DNA of 64,000 nucleotides from Gammaproteobacteria bacterium (lineage in GTDB: Bacteria > Pseudomonadota > Gammaproteobacteria > Ga0077536): the NCBI GenBank assembly GCA_963662545.2, contig CAXXLL010000003.1, positions 1,344,001-1,408,000 on the forward strand. Direction: 5' to 3'. The notes beneath the pieces are model-generated. The model had not been told where the DNA came from, ran no database searches, and saw only the letters and a program-made list of their open reading frames with translations. How positions within the stretch are numbered: the stretch's first letter is position 1; each line of letters begins with the position of its first letter. Shown one piece after another: positions 1-9,460 of this stretch. Made by a program: the position numbers and the translations under genes.

Positions 1-1562
1 GCCTCATGATCCGCGAGGCGCTCGGCAAGATCATTGCGCAGTTCGGGATCGACTATTACAACCGGGGCACCAAAGAACTCATCGAGGAAGGTCGCCGGAA
101 TTTTATCAAGCGCGTTAAAACGACGATGGTGCCGGGAACGTATCGCGGTATGACCATGCCGGTACACCGCCGCTCGCACCTGCCTTTTACCCATCCCCTG
201 GCGAAGGGTGATTTCATCGACCTGGTACCGAACGAGATGACCATCACGAAGGACGGCCACATCGAGCTCGACTTCGAGGGCGCCACGAGCTGGAGTTTCC
301 ATCCCTTTAACTGTGCTGTCGGCCCCATGAACGGGGGCTTCTGGATCACCCTGACCCAGTTGTTGAACTACGACGGGCGCGTCAACGACGGCGCCTACCT
401 CGCCGTCACGCAGTATCTCCCGGAAGGCTCGATCGTGAACGCCAATTACGCCGGCGCCGCGACCTCGCTGGCGTGGTGGACGCTGATCCCGATTTTCGCG
501 CAGGTCTGGCGGATGTTCGGCATCAGCTGGTTTGCGCGCGGGTTCACCGAGGAGATCATCATGTCGACCCCGACCTGCATCGTCGGCGTCGCCGGCTTCG
601 ATCAATACGGCGAGCAGCATGGCTTCCAGAATTTTGAGATGGCCGCCGAATCCTGCGGCGCGCGCGGCGTCGCGGACGGCGTCGACTGCGGCAGCCCGAT
701 CTGGAACTCCGAAGGGATACAGGGTGACGCGGAAGTCTGGGAGATGACCGGGCCCAACGTGTACCTCGGCCGCAGCTTCGTACCAAACCACCATGCGCTC
801 GGACGCTTCCGCGGCGGTGTGGCCTGGGAGTCACTGTGGGTGGTGCGCGGTTCGCGCTTGGTCAACGTAACACTGTCGGCCTCGGGCGTGCATAACGGCG
901 GCATCTTCCACAAGGGTCTGTTCGGCGGCTACCCGGCGCCCGGCTGGAAATGCCTGTGGGTAAGGGGTTCGAACCTCGCAGAGATCATCGCCCGCGACGA
1001 CAAGGTTCCGAGCAGCATCAACGAAGCCGAAGCGATGCTAAAGGACGGGACTTTGACCGCCGAGGAATGGTATTGCGGGCCGCTCAACACCTGGTCGCCC
1101 AACCTGTCCGATGGCGATTTATTCGGGGTGAACTACAACGGCGGCTGCGGATACGGCGATCCGATCGAACGCGACCGTGCTCTGATCGAAAAGGACCTCT
1201 TCAACGGCCTGACCACGCCGGCATTCGCGCGCAAAGCCTACGGCTATGCCAAGACCGAGAAAAAGACGGCGGAGCTGCGGGCGGCAATTCGCAAGAAGCG
1301 CTTGGCCGAGTCGGTGCCGGCTTCGCAATGGTGGCGAAACGAGCGTAAACGCGCGCGCACAGGCGAGGTCGGCAAGATTGCCGCGCAGACCTTTGCACGT
1401 TCAGCGCAGATGTCCGACATGATCAAGGACAAATATCTGAAATTCTGGCAGCTCAAGAAATTCCCTTATACCGACGCGGGCAACATCGACTTCCGTACGA
1501 CGGCGCCGACGGGATTTTATTACCCGAAATCGCCCGTAAAGCAATACCAGAAACCGGCCTAA
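1..1562 (+). CDS. acxB: Hydantoinase B/oxoprolinase family protein, acetone carboxylase alpha-subunit-like (5'-truncated by window edge)
   Basis: Frame is open from the window start. IEEGRR..F.KRV..PGTY, GDAEVWE, GRFRGG and GGCGYGDPIER motifs are typical of the family, and an AcxC-like gene follows directly. Confidence 0.8.
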   Translation, partial: LMIREALGKIIAQFGIDYYNRGTKELIEEGRRNFIKRVKTTMVPGTYRGMTMPVHRRSHLPFTHPLAKGDFIDLVPNEMTITKDGHIELDFEGATSWSFHPFNCAVGPMNGGFWITLTQLLNYDGRVNDGAYLAVTQYLPEGSIVNANYAGAATSLAWWTLIPIFAQVWRMFGISWFARGFTEEIIMSTPTCIVGVAGFDQYGEQHGFQNFEMAAESCGARGVADGVDCGSPIWNSEGIQGDAEVWEMTGPNVYLGRSFVPNHHALGRFRGGVAWESLWVVRGSRLVNVTLSASGVHNGGIFHKGLFGGYPAPGWKCLWVRGSNLAEIIARDDKVPSSINEAEAMLKDGTLTAEEWYCGPLNTWSPNLSDGDLFGVNYNGGCGYGDPIERDRALIEKDLFNGLTTPAFARKAYGYAKTEKKTAELRAAIRKKRLAESVPASQWWRNERKRARTGEVGKIAAQTFARSAQMSDMIKDKYLKFWQLKKFPYTDAGNIDFRTTAPTGFYYPKSPVKQYQKPA

Positions 1563-1573
1563 GGGGACGAACA

Positions 1574-2083
1574 ATGGCAACACAAGCACAAAGCGATAAA
1601 GAAGTGACCCGCGCGCTCGTCCGCCGCGAGCTGGGCTGGCCGGAACTGTTCAAGCTGATGCGCGAACCAAAATCCGAAAACCGCTTCGACGATATGCTCG
1701 CGGCGATGCAGGAGATCGTGCCGTGGAAAGAGAAGATCCTGATTCCGCTTGGTGAAAACCTCTTCATCGTCGCCAAGAACGGCAAGGCCATCATCAAGAC
1801 CATGGCGGGCGCCGAACTCTGCGCCTGGAACGAGAACTGGAAGATGAAATGCCGTGTCATCATCAGAAAGACGACGGCGGATCTGAAAAAGGTGTTCCCG
1901 GCGGAACACCTCACCATCGATAGCAAGCTGGTCGAGATCCGCGAGTGGATCTGTCCCAAGAGCGGCATGCTGCTCGACGTCGACTGCGTGCCGCCGACCT
2001 ATCCGGTCGAGATCGACTTCACGCCGGATTTAAAGACGTTCTATGAAGATTGGCTGGGCCGGAAACTTCCCGTAAAACTCTGA
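1574..2083 (+). CDS. acxC: Acetone carboxylase gamma subunit-like protein
   Basis: VPWKEKILIPLGENLFIV, ENWK, REWICP..G.LLDVD and DF.PD..TFY.DWLG match the AcxC pattern. RBS AAGGGG upstream, 11 bp after acxB. Confidence 0.8.
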   Translation: MATQAQSDKEVTRALVRRELGWPELFKLMREPKSENRFDDMLAAMQEIVPWKEKILIPLGENLFIVAKNGKAIIKTMAGAELCAWNENWKMKCRVIIRKTTADLKKVFPAEHLTIDSKLVEIREWICPKSGMLLDVDCVPPTYPVEIDFTPDLKTFYEDWLGRKLPVKL

Positions 2084-2092
2084 CATTAAGGG

Positions 2093-3349
2093 TCAGCCGC
2101 TACAGTGAGGCTCCAGATTGACGACCAGTTCCGATGCAGTCTTAAATCGACCGTCGGGATCCTTGGCCAGGAGTTTCTCGATGATCGGCTGATATTGCGC
2201 CATTTCGTCCGGCAGCTTCGGGACTTCTGCATATAGGTGCTGGTAGATGAGCGCGCCGGGCGAGGAAGCGTGAAACGCCTTCTTGCCCGTCAACATTTCG
2301 AACAGCACCATGCCTAGCGCGTAGAGATCCGTGCGTGCATCCACCTTGTGGCCCAGGCCCTGCTCCGGGCTCAGGTAGCTCAATGTTCCGATCACAGCGC
2401 CCGTCTTGGTCAGGTTCCAGGAGTCGTCGAGATGCTTGGAAATGCCGAAATCAGCCAGCGCCATGCTGTCATCCGAACGGAACATGATGTTGCCGGGCTT
2501 GAGATCGCGGTGCACGATGTCGAGTGAATGAATTGCCTCCAGGCCGTATGCGATGTTAAGCCCGTAGATGAGTGCTTCTTCGGTGCCGATGCCATTTTCA
2601 ATCCGGTGCTTCAGATCGCCGCGCGTGAAAAACTCGACCGCGATATAGCCGTACGACGGCGTGAAGCCGTGATCGAAAAACTTGATGACGTAGGGGCTGT
2701 CAATGCTCGCGATCAGGTCCGCCTCCCGCGCAAAACGCTTGACGAACGAAGGGTCGTCGATGCCTTCGAGGTTGAGTATCTTTAAGACCATGGTCTGCTG
2801 GTCCCGCAGCCGTTCGGCGAGGTAAACCCGGGAATGCGCGCCCTGGCCGATGAGCCGCACGAACTTGTAGCCGTCGGTATCGCCCCCGTCGGATGTCTCG
2901 GCAAGCTTGCGAACGATCTCGGTGTCCCGTTCGAATGCCATCGTGGCAATTGATATTGGCCGGGTCGGCGGCGTCTCGCCCACACCGAGACCCGCGAGCA
3001 GTTTATGCAGCCGCTCGGCGTCGAGTTCCGCGCGTAGCACGTACGCCGTCGCGTCCATCTCGTGAACCTTGCTTTCGATGAAGGTATCGTCGTGTTCCGC
3101 GATGAGGATCGTGGGCGGCAGCTTGGCGCGCTGCCTGAAGGAAGCCAGCCAGGCGAGACCGCTTTCGGTTCCATCCAGGCGATCCTCGATCAGGAGCAGA
3201 TCATAGATCGACCAATCGAAATCCGGGCCCGGCTTACCGATCTGATCCGGATCGTGCTCGGTGACTTCGATGTCCGGCAGACGATCGGCCAGCATGCGCC
3301 GCAATCGACCCATGTAGTCCTTGGAATCGCTGATGATGATGACACGCAC
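2093..3349 (-). CDS. Hanks-type Ser/Thr protein kinase with N-terminal degenerate receiver domain
   Basis: Kinase motifs GQGAHSRVY, VLK, HRDLKPGN, DFG, YLSPE and DLYALG. The N-terminus has a receiver-like pattern (RVIII..D, DLLLIED, PTILI). Confidence 0.85.
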   Translation of the reverse strand: MRVIIISDSKDYMGRLRRMLADRLPDIEVTEHDPDQIGKPGPDFDWSIYDLLLIEDRLDGTESGLAWLASFRQRAKLPPTILIAEHDDTFIESKVHEMDATAYVLRAELDAERLHKLLAGLGVGETPPTRPISIATMAFERDTEIVRKLAETSDGGDTDGYKFVRLIGQGAHSRVYLAERLRDQQTMVLKILNLEGIDDPSFVKRFAREADLIASIDSPYVIKFFDHGFTPSYGYIAVEFFTRGDLKHRIENGIGTEEALIYGLNIAYGLEAIHSLDIVHRDLKPGNIMFRSDDSMALADFGISKHLDDSWNLTKTGAVIGTLSYLSPEQGLGHKVDARTDLYALGMVLFEMLTGKKAFHASSPGALIYQHLYAEVPKLPDEMAQYQPIIEKLLAKDPDGRFKTASELVVNLEPHCSG

Positions 3350-3935
3350 CGCGCTTACCTAGTCCGGTTTTCCGACCAGGCCGGTCTGTTGATGGACGTT
3401 AATCGGCTGCATGCAAAAAGTAAGCTCTGTTTTCACCATTGCCCTTAAAGAACACGCCGCCATTTTCGATTTTTAGCTCAAGCTGCTTCGACAGCGCAGG
3501 CCAATATTCCGAATCCTGGTAGCAAATCCGGGGTAGTTCAAAACGCTCTTTGTCGTACCTTCGAATGGCCTGACTATACGGGGACAATCGCGAGTAGCAA
3601 TGAACCACGGCTCATTTCAGGCCCGTCGCCGACTGCGGACGCGCGGCTAGTAATGCTAGCGGCCCGAGGGCGTTATTGCTTGAAAATTGGTTTTAGTGGG
3701 GCGCCCCGACGCACGGAAATCCCTGATATGTGGTACGCCGTGACATCGCGCGAAATATCCGGGAATCCGGTGTAGCCGGCTTTTTCCGGCGGCATCGCTG
3801 CAAAACAAAGACAAACGCGCTCTGCAATAAGGGAACACCGGCCCGCGAATCGCACCGGATTCACCTTGATCGGGAGTCAGCTACGTCATATGTTCGGTCT
3901 GGTCGACCCGCGGGCCCAATTTTTAGGAGACCTGG

Positions 3936-5219
3936 ATGATTTCTGAAGGCCGCCCCAGACAGAATGCCTCGCAACTCGATCTCGATCACTTTCAGTGGAC
4001 GGATAGTGAAGCCCGGACAGTACCTTACGCCGTGTTTACTGATCCCGGGATCTTCGAACGCGAACAACAGCGGATCTTTCGAGGGCGGACCTGGAGCTTT
4101 GTCGCGCTGGAAGATGAAATCAAATCATCGGGCGATTTCAAATCCACCTTCATCGGCACGACACCCGTGGTCGTGACGCGCACACGTGAAGGCAGTATTG
4201 CAGCGTGGATCAACCGGTGCGCCCACCGCGGTGCTCTGGTCTGCCGCGAGCTGCGCGGCAATTCCCGCGCACACCGCTGCGTCTATCACCAGTGGACTTA
4301 CGACGAAAGCGGGCGCCTGCGCGGCGTGCCGTTTCAAAAAGGCCTCGGCGACAAGAGCGGCATGCCCGAGGATTTCGACATGGCGCAGCACAGCTTGACG
4401 CCGGTTCGCGTAGAGAGTTATCGCGGGCTCATTTTCGGCACCTTGAGCGATGACAGTGAATCATTGACGGATTACATCGGCCCGGAAATGCTGCCCTGGG
4501 TCGACCGCATTTTTCACAAACCGGTCGAATATCTCGGTTGCACGCGTCAGTACTCGTATTCCAACTGGAAGCTCTACTACGAGAACGTCAAGGATCCCTA
4601 CCACGCCAGCCTGCTGCACCTGTTCCATACGACCTTCAACATCTACCGGTCAAACATGCAAGGCCGCACGATCACTAATTCTCGCAACGGCCTGCACTCG
4701 ATCATCACGACCGTCCCGCTGGCAGACGACGAAACCGCGGAAGAATATAAAAAGCAGGACATCTCGACCTACCAGGATAATGTCAAACTCGCCGACCCGA
4801 GCGTGCTCACGGTTCGCACGGAACTCGAGGAGCAGACCAGCAACAATATCCATACGCTCTTTCCAAGTACGGTCATCCAGCAGATCCACAACACCCTGGC
4901 AGTCCGCCAGGTCCTGCCGAAAAGTGCGTCGGAGTTCGAACTCATCTTTCATTTCTTCGGTTATGCCGATGACGATGCGGAGCTACGCGCAATGCGTCTC
5001 AAGCAGGCCAACCTGGTGGGACCGGCCGGCTACATTTCGATGGAAGACACCGAGGCCACCGAACTCGTGCAACGGGGCATCGAATCCGCCGGTCCCGAGG
5101 CGGCCTCGTATCTCGGTATGGGTGACGAATCGCGAGACCAGCAGGCAAGCCTCATTACCGAGCACATGATTCGAAGCTTCTGGTCGGGTTACCGGGAATT
5201 GATGGGATGGGCGCATTGA
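3936..5219 (+). CDS. Rieske aromatic ring-hydroxylating oxygenase large subunit (salicylate hydroxylase/anthranilate dioxygenase-like)
   Basis: Rieske ligands CAH...CVYH, mononuclear iron motif ENVKDPYHASLLH and QANLVGPAGYISMED. RBS AGGAG. Confidence 0.92.
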   Translation: MISEGRPRQNASQLDLDHFQWTDSEARTVPYAVFTDPGIFEREQQRIFRGRTWSFVALEDEIKSSGDFKSTFIGTTPVVVTRTREGSIAAWINRCAHRGALVCRELRGNSRAHRCVYHQWTYDESGRLRGVPFQKGLGDKSGMPEDFDMAQHSLTPVRVESYRGLIFGTLSDDSESLTDYIGPEMLPWVDRIFHKPVEYLGCTRQYSYSNWKLYYENVKDPYHASLLHLFHTTFNIYRSNMQGRTITNSRNGLHSIITTVPLADDETAEEYKKQDISTYQDNVKLADPSVLTVRTELEEQTSNNIHTLFPSTVIQQIHNTLAVRQVLPKSASEFELIFHFFGYADDDAELRAMRLKQANLVGPAGYISMEDTEATELVQRGIESAGPEAASYLGMGDESRDQQASLITEHMIRSFWSGYRELMGWAH

Positions 5220-5692
5220 CGCTTGACGGCGATCTCTACTTCCGCGTCGATCGTCTGTTCGCAGAATACTGCGCCTGTCTCGACGAAGGCGAGCTCGAAA
5301 GTTGGCCGGATTTATTCGTCGAGGACAGTCTCTACCAGATGATCTCCCGCGAGAACTATGCTCAAGGCCACCCCATTTCGTTGATGCTGCTGGATTCGAA
5401 AGGCATGATGCTCGACCGCGTCTATTCCCTACGTAATGCCAATATTTACCAACCGCACCGATACCGGCACGCTATCTCTGGCGTACGGATCACCCAGCAG
5501 GATGACGAGGCGATCGACGTGTCGTCATCCTACATCGTCGCCCAGACCCTGACCGACGGCACCACGGACCTCTACCAGGCCGGCAGTTACTATGATCGAC
5601 TGGTCGACGTCGAAGCCGGCTTGCGCTTCAAGGAACGCATCGTCGTCTACGACACGTCGCGCGTCAAAACGCTGTTGGCGACACCGATATAG
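5207..5692 (+). CDS. Aromatic ring-hydroxylating oxygenase small (beta) subunit
   Basis: Overlaps the alpha-subunit stop. LD...E.WPD.F...Y....REN, M..DRV..LR.ANIY..H.YRH and C-terminal VYDT..V.TLLATPI. Confidence 0.9.
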   Translation: MGALTLDGDLYFRVDRLFAEYCACLDEGELESWPDLFVEDSLYQMISRENYAQGHPISLMLLDSKGMMLDRVYSLRNANIYQPHRYRHAISGVRITQQDDEAIDVSSSYIVAQTLTDGTTDLYQAGSYYDRLVDVEAGLRFKERIVVYDTSRVKTLLATPI

Positions 5693-5772
5693 TTAGGGGT
5701 CAGGCGATTAATGACGGCTGGCGCGCGACGCGCCAGCCTTATCGAATTATTTCATCAAACGGGAGAATCACC

Positions 5773-6678
5773 ATGGCGAGCCCCCAGGCGCAACAACTCA
5801 AGGAAACTTTTCGTGAATTTCGCGATGCGAACTTCGCGAACCCCGATGCGACGCTCGAGGAAATGCGTGCGAATGCCGTGGGATTCGGTGAACTGACCAG
5901 CGAACCGGACGGCGTTCGCAGCGAACCGGTAGATGCCGGAGGCGTACCGGCGCAATGGGTCATTCCCGACGGCGCGGCCGAAGACCGGGTGTTGCAGTAC
6001 GTACACGGCGGCGGCTACGTGCTGATGTCAGCCGAAACCCATCGCAAGATGGTCGGCCACATCGCCAAGGCGACGGGCTGCCGCGCGCTCAATGTCGATT
6101 ACCGCCTCGCCCCGGAGCATGCACATCCGGCGGCAGTAGAAGATTCCGTCACCGCCTATCGCTGGCTGCTCGCGCAGGGTTTCGAACCCGGGCATATCGC
6201 CATCTCCGGCGACTCCGCCGGCGGCGGCCTGTGCATTGCAACGGCGCTCAAGATCCGGGACCTTGACCTTCCCCTGCCGGCCGCGATCGTACCGATCTCG
6301 CCCTGGACCGACATGGAAGGCACCGGCGAGTCGATGAAAACGCGCGCCGACGTCGACATGATCGTGTCGCCCGATGCGATCATGCAATTGTCCGGCGTAT
6401 TCCTGGGCGGCGCCGATCCGCGCGATCCTTATGCCGCGCCCCACCACGCCGACCCGGCGGGCTTACCGCCCACCTACATTCAGGTCGGCGACGAGGAAGT
6501 CTTGCTGGACGACGCGGTCCGTTTCGCCGACAAGGCCAAGCAGGCCGGCGTCGACGTCACCCTGGAAATATTTCCCGAAATGCAGCATGTCTTCCAGATC
6601 GCGGCGGGCAATCTGCCGGAGGCGGATGAAGCGATCGCCAAGATCGGCGCCTGGTTGAGAATGAAACTTGATCTTTAG
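5773..6678 (+). CDS. Alpha/beta hydrolase, hormone-sensitive lipase family esterase
   Basis: HGGGY oxyanion motif, DYRLAPEH, GDSAGGGL nucleophile, EVLLDD and MQHVF. Confidence 0.93.
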   Translation: MASPQAQQLKETFREFRDANFANPDATLEEMRANAVGFGELTSEPDGVRSEPVDAGGVPAQWVIPDGAAEDRVLQYVHGGGYVLMSAETHRKMVGHIAKATGCRALNVDYRLAPEHAHPAAVEDSVTAYRWLLAQGFEPGHIAISGDSAGGGLCIATALKIRDLDLPLPAAIVPISPWTDMEGTGESMKTRADVDMIVSPDAIMQLSGVFLGGADPRDPYAAPHHADPAGLPPTYIQVGDEEVLLDDAVRFADKAKQAGVDVTLEIFPEMQHVFQIAAGNLPEADEAIAKIGAWLRMKLDL

Positions 6679-6705
6679 GGACGATCGAGATCTGAAGCGG
6701 AGCAG

Positions 6706-6781
6706 AAAAGGGATAGATTTAATTGAATCAAGACGGAGCCAACCATACGGGACGAACTTGCCAAATAAATCTATCCCCTTT
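6706..6781. repeat. Palindromic element with ~19-bp imperfect arms (AAAAGGGATAGATTTAATT ... AAATAAATCTATCCCCTTT)
   Basis: Inverted arms read directly at 6706-6724 and 6763-6781. Confidence 0.75.
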
Positions 6782-6782
6782 G

Positions 6783-6854
6783 GACGCCCCGCAAGTAATG
6801 GGCCTGCCATACCGCGACGGGATCACCCTCGTACGCAAAGGGCCCGTCCTATAA
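6783..6854 (+). pseudogene. 3' remnant resembling the C-terminus of a class I SAM-dependent O-methyltransferase
   Basis: Manual translation gives DAPQVMGLPYRDGITLVRKGPVL*, matching the LP.RDG(I/L)T(L/I).RK end of O-methyltransferases. It begins at the edge of the 6706-6781 palindrome. Confidence 0.45.
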
Positions 6855-6861
6855 GCCAATC

Positions 6862-7922
6862 GTGCTCTGGGCCGTCACCAGCTACTTCAACCCGATGGGT
6901 TATGCGCGTCGCCTGGCCAACTATCGGATGTTTAGGCGACATCTGGGGGTGCCGCTCGTCACCGTGGAATGGGCATGGGCCGGCGGTGTCGAACTAACGG
7001 TATCGAATCCATATGGCCTGTGACCTGTACCTGGTGAAGAAGAAAAAGCGTGGCCGTCAACAACTGACCTGCCGCGGCAGCCTTAGCTGTGAACGACGCC
7101 ACCCTGGGGCGTCGCGCGCGGCCCAGCGATGGGTATCAACTAGACCCGGGCGACGCCGACGTGCTGATCCAACTCTCGAGCCCGGATTTGATGTGGCAGA
7201 AGGAACGGCTGCTCAATGTCGCCTTGCGATCCTTACCGGCCGAGTGCCGATATGTGGCCTGGCTTGATTGCGACCTTGTCTTTGAGGACGCCGAGTGGCC
7301 GCAGCGCACGATCGAGTTATTGGATCGATTCCCCGTGTTGCAGATGTTCGAACATGCCTATGACCTGGAGCCCGACGCGCTCCTCGATGGCGACGACCGC
7401 CGACTTGGTAGTCGTCTGACCGCGGCTACCCACGCGGAGGCAACCGGTGTCACCGTTCCGGATCTGAGGCGCAGCGGTTTACGTCCGGCCGGGTTCTTAA
7501 CGGGGCTCGCATGGGCGGCCCGGTTCGACCTGCTCCGCCGGCACGGCTTCTACGACGCATGCATAATGGGCAGCGGCAATCGGGCATTGTACAGCGCGAT
7601 TTATGGCCGGCTTGACGACGTGCTGGCATATGTCCGCATGAAACCCCTTTGGCAGGAACACTACCTCGCTTGGGCTCGGCCTTACTACGATGATGTACGC
7701 GGCCAGGTGGGCTGTGTGCCAGGTTGTATCTACCACCTCTGGCACGGCGACATCAAACTGCGCCGGTACGCCGAGCGGCACCTCGACTTCGAGCCCTTTG
7801 GGTTTGATCCTATATCGGACCTGTTAGTGGACGCCGCCGGCTGCTTCCGGTGGAAAGCCGATAACCCGGAGATGCGTCACTTCGTTGAATCCTACTTCGC
7901 CTCCCGCCGGGAAGACGGGTGA
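6862..7922 (+). pseudogene. Interrupted GT-A glycosyltransferase-like gene (N-terminal part 6862-7023, C-terminal ORF 7089-7922)
   Basis: 6862-7023 reads VLWAVTSYFNPMGYARRLANYRMFRRHLGVPLVTVEWA... The C-terminal ORF has MWQKERLLN, WLDCD (DxD), GSGNR and HLWHG. The two parts are in different frames, separated by ~146 bp. Confidence 0.6.
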
Positions 7923-7937
7923 GCACTCGCCCAGGGA

Positions 7938-7992
7938 GTAAAAGGGGACATTCATCTTTTCCTATCGGAGAAAGATGAATGTCCCCTTTTAC
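7938..7992. repeat. Perfect 22-bp inverted repeat GTAAAAGGGGACATTCATCTTT / AAAGATGAATGTCCCCTTTTAC; may also act as a bidirectional terminator
   Basis: Arms at 7938-7959 and 7971-7992, between convergent genes. Confidence 0.85.
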
Positions 7993-8091
7993 CTTTTACT
8001 CTAGATTGCTTTCTTGCGCGGCAGGAATATTGATCAACTAACCTAGTCGTCAATGATTTCCACCGCTACCTGCACAATCCGAAGGTAGACT

Positions 8092-9390
8092 CTATCCCGC
8101 AAGATTTCGAACCGCTGACGAAGCGGCGATCTTGCCGTCGTTGACAAAGGCTTCGTGATTACGAAGAACCGACTTGAGGTCGTAGGCGTAGTTGACCATC
8201 ATCGTGGCCGACTCGCGGAGTCCCTTTTCGGATTTGTCTGCCAGCCAGTTGATGCGTTCGAGGCGCGCACCATTGCGTAGATGGAATCTGGCTACGGGAT
8301 CGTGCGGTTGCATGCCGCTTTTTACGCTCAGGAAGTAATGTGCGCAGAGCCTGCACAACAATGACTTGAGTTTTTTAGTCGTCGCTTTGTCTAGGTGCCA
8401 GTTCCCGATCTTGAGCGCGTCAAGGCGCTCGAGCTCGGCGGATTTCAAGGGTAGGGTCGAAGGTGCGTGGACCAAAGTGTCGTTTAACCACCGGCAGAAA
8501 CCGGGGATGGGCGACAGGGTCGCGTAATGCTTTAGACTCGGAATCTCGGCGGCGAGCATCTCCGTGACCTGTTTGATCAGAAAATTTCCGAATGAAACAT
8601 TCGCGAGCCCGCGCTGGCAGTTGCTGATCGAATAGAAAATCGCGGTATCGGGTTGGGGGCCTGCTTCGTCCACCGGGGTTTCGATCAACTGCTCTATGCT
8701 GCTGGCGAGCCCTTTGACGAGCGCGACCTCGACAAACATCAACGGTTCATCGGGCAGCGCGGGATGGAAAAATGCGAAGCAGCGCCGATCGCTCGCGAGG
8801 CGTCGGCGCAGATCGTCCCACCCGCGAATCTCGTGTACGGCCTCGTAGGCGATCAGCTTCTCGAGGATGTAGGCCGGCGTTTCCCAGTCGATCCTGCGCA
8901 GGCTCAAAAAACCGCGATTGAACCACGAGCGGAATAAGTACAAAAAATCCAAATCGACAGGTTTGAGCTGCGGTTCTTCTTTCAATGCCTCCAGCAGATC
9001 TTCGCGCATCCTGACCAGAGCTAGCGTACCGTCCGGCGCCATGTTCAGCGCGCGCAGCAGATCGCGGCGCGGTGATTCCGCCGCCGCGCAGAGATTCATC
9101 AGCGTATGCGGCGCCGGCAATTCCTGGTACTCGCGAATCGCTCGTTCGATCTCCTTGTCGGCCGGCTGCATTTCGTCCAGCAGCATCACGAAAAACTGCG
9201 TCCGGGAATCGGTGTCCAGGTCTGCGTAGTGCGCGAGGAGATCGTCTGCCAGCGCGACTGCTGAGGCCTCGCCCTTGAGTTTGAGCAGTTCACTGCACAG
9301 CGAATTGAATTCCTTGACCCGGCCACGATCGCCCGTGAGTCCGATCAATTCTCGGCCTGCCTTGGCGATCCCGGTGAGAAAGTTTTTCAA
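8092..9390 (-). CDS. Malonyl-CoA decarboxylase
   Basis: LEKLIAYEAVHEI.GWDDLRRRL, FFHP...EPL.FVEVAL, FYSISNCQ.GL..VSFGNFLIKQV, TLSPIPGF and DPVARFHL.NGA. TTG start. Confidence 0.95.
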   Translation of the reverse strand: MKNFLTGIAKAGRELIGLTGDRGRVKEFNSLCSELLKLKGEASAVALADDLLAHYADLDTDSRTQFFVMLLDEMQPADKEIERAIREYQELPAPHTLMNLCAAAESPRRDLLRALNMAPDGTLALVRMREDLLEALKEEPQLKPVDLDFLYLFRSWFNRGFLSLRRIDWETPAYILEKLIAYEAVHEIRGWDDLRRRLASDRRCFAFFHPALPDEPLMFVEVALVKGLASSIEQLIETPVDEAGPQPDTAIFYSISNCQRGLANVSFGNFLIKQVTEMLAAEIPSLKHYATLSPIPGFCRWLNDTLVHAPSTLPLKSAELERLDALKIGNWHLDKATTKKLKSLLCRLCAHYFLSVKSGMQPHDPVARFHLRNGARLERINWLADKSEKGLRESATMMVNYAYDLKSVLRNHEAFVNDGKIAASSAVRNLAG

Positions 9391-9460
9391 TGCTCAAACA
9401 GCCAAATGAGGTCAGACCTCTATCGTCACTAACGCGAGTTTCTGCTTCGTCATGGCGTAA

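Noticed and set aside
3399-3608. 69-aa ORF upstream of the kinase
   Set aside because: No RBS or motif, and it lies in an AT-richer divergent promoter region. I cannot support it as coding.
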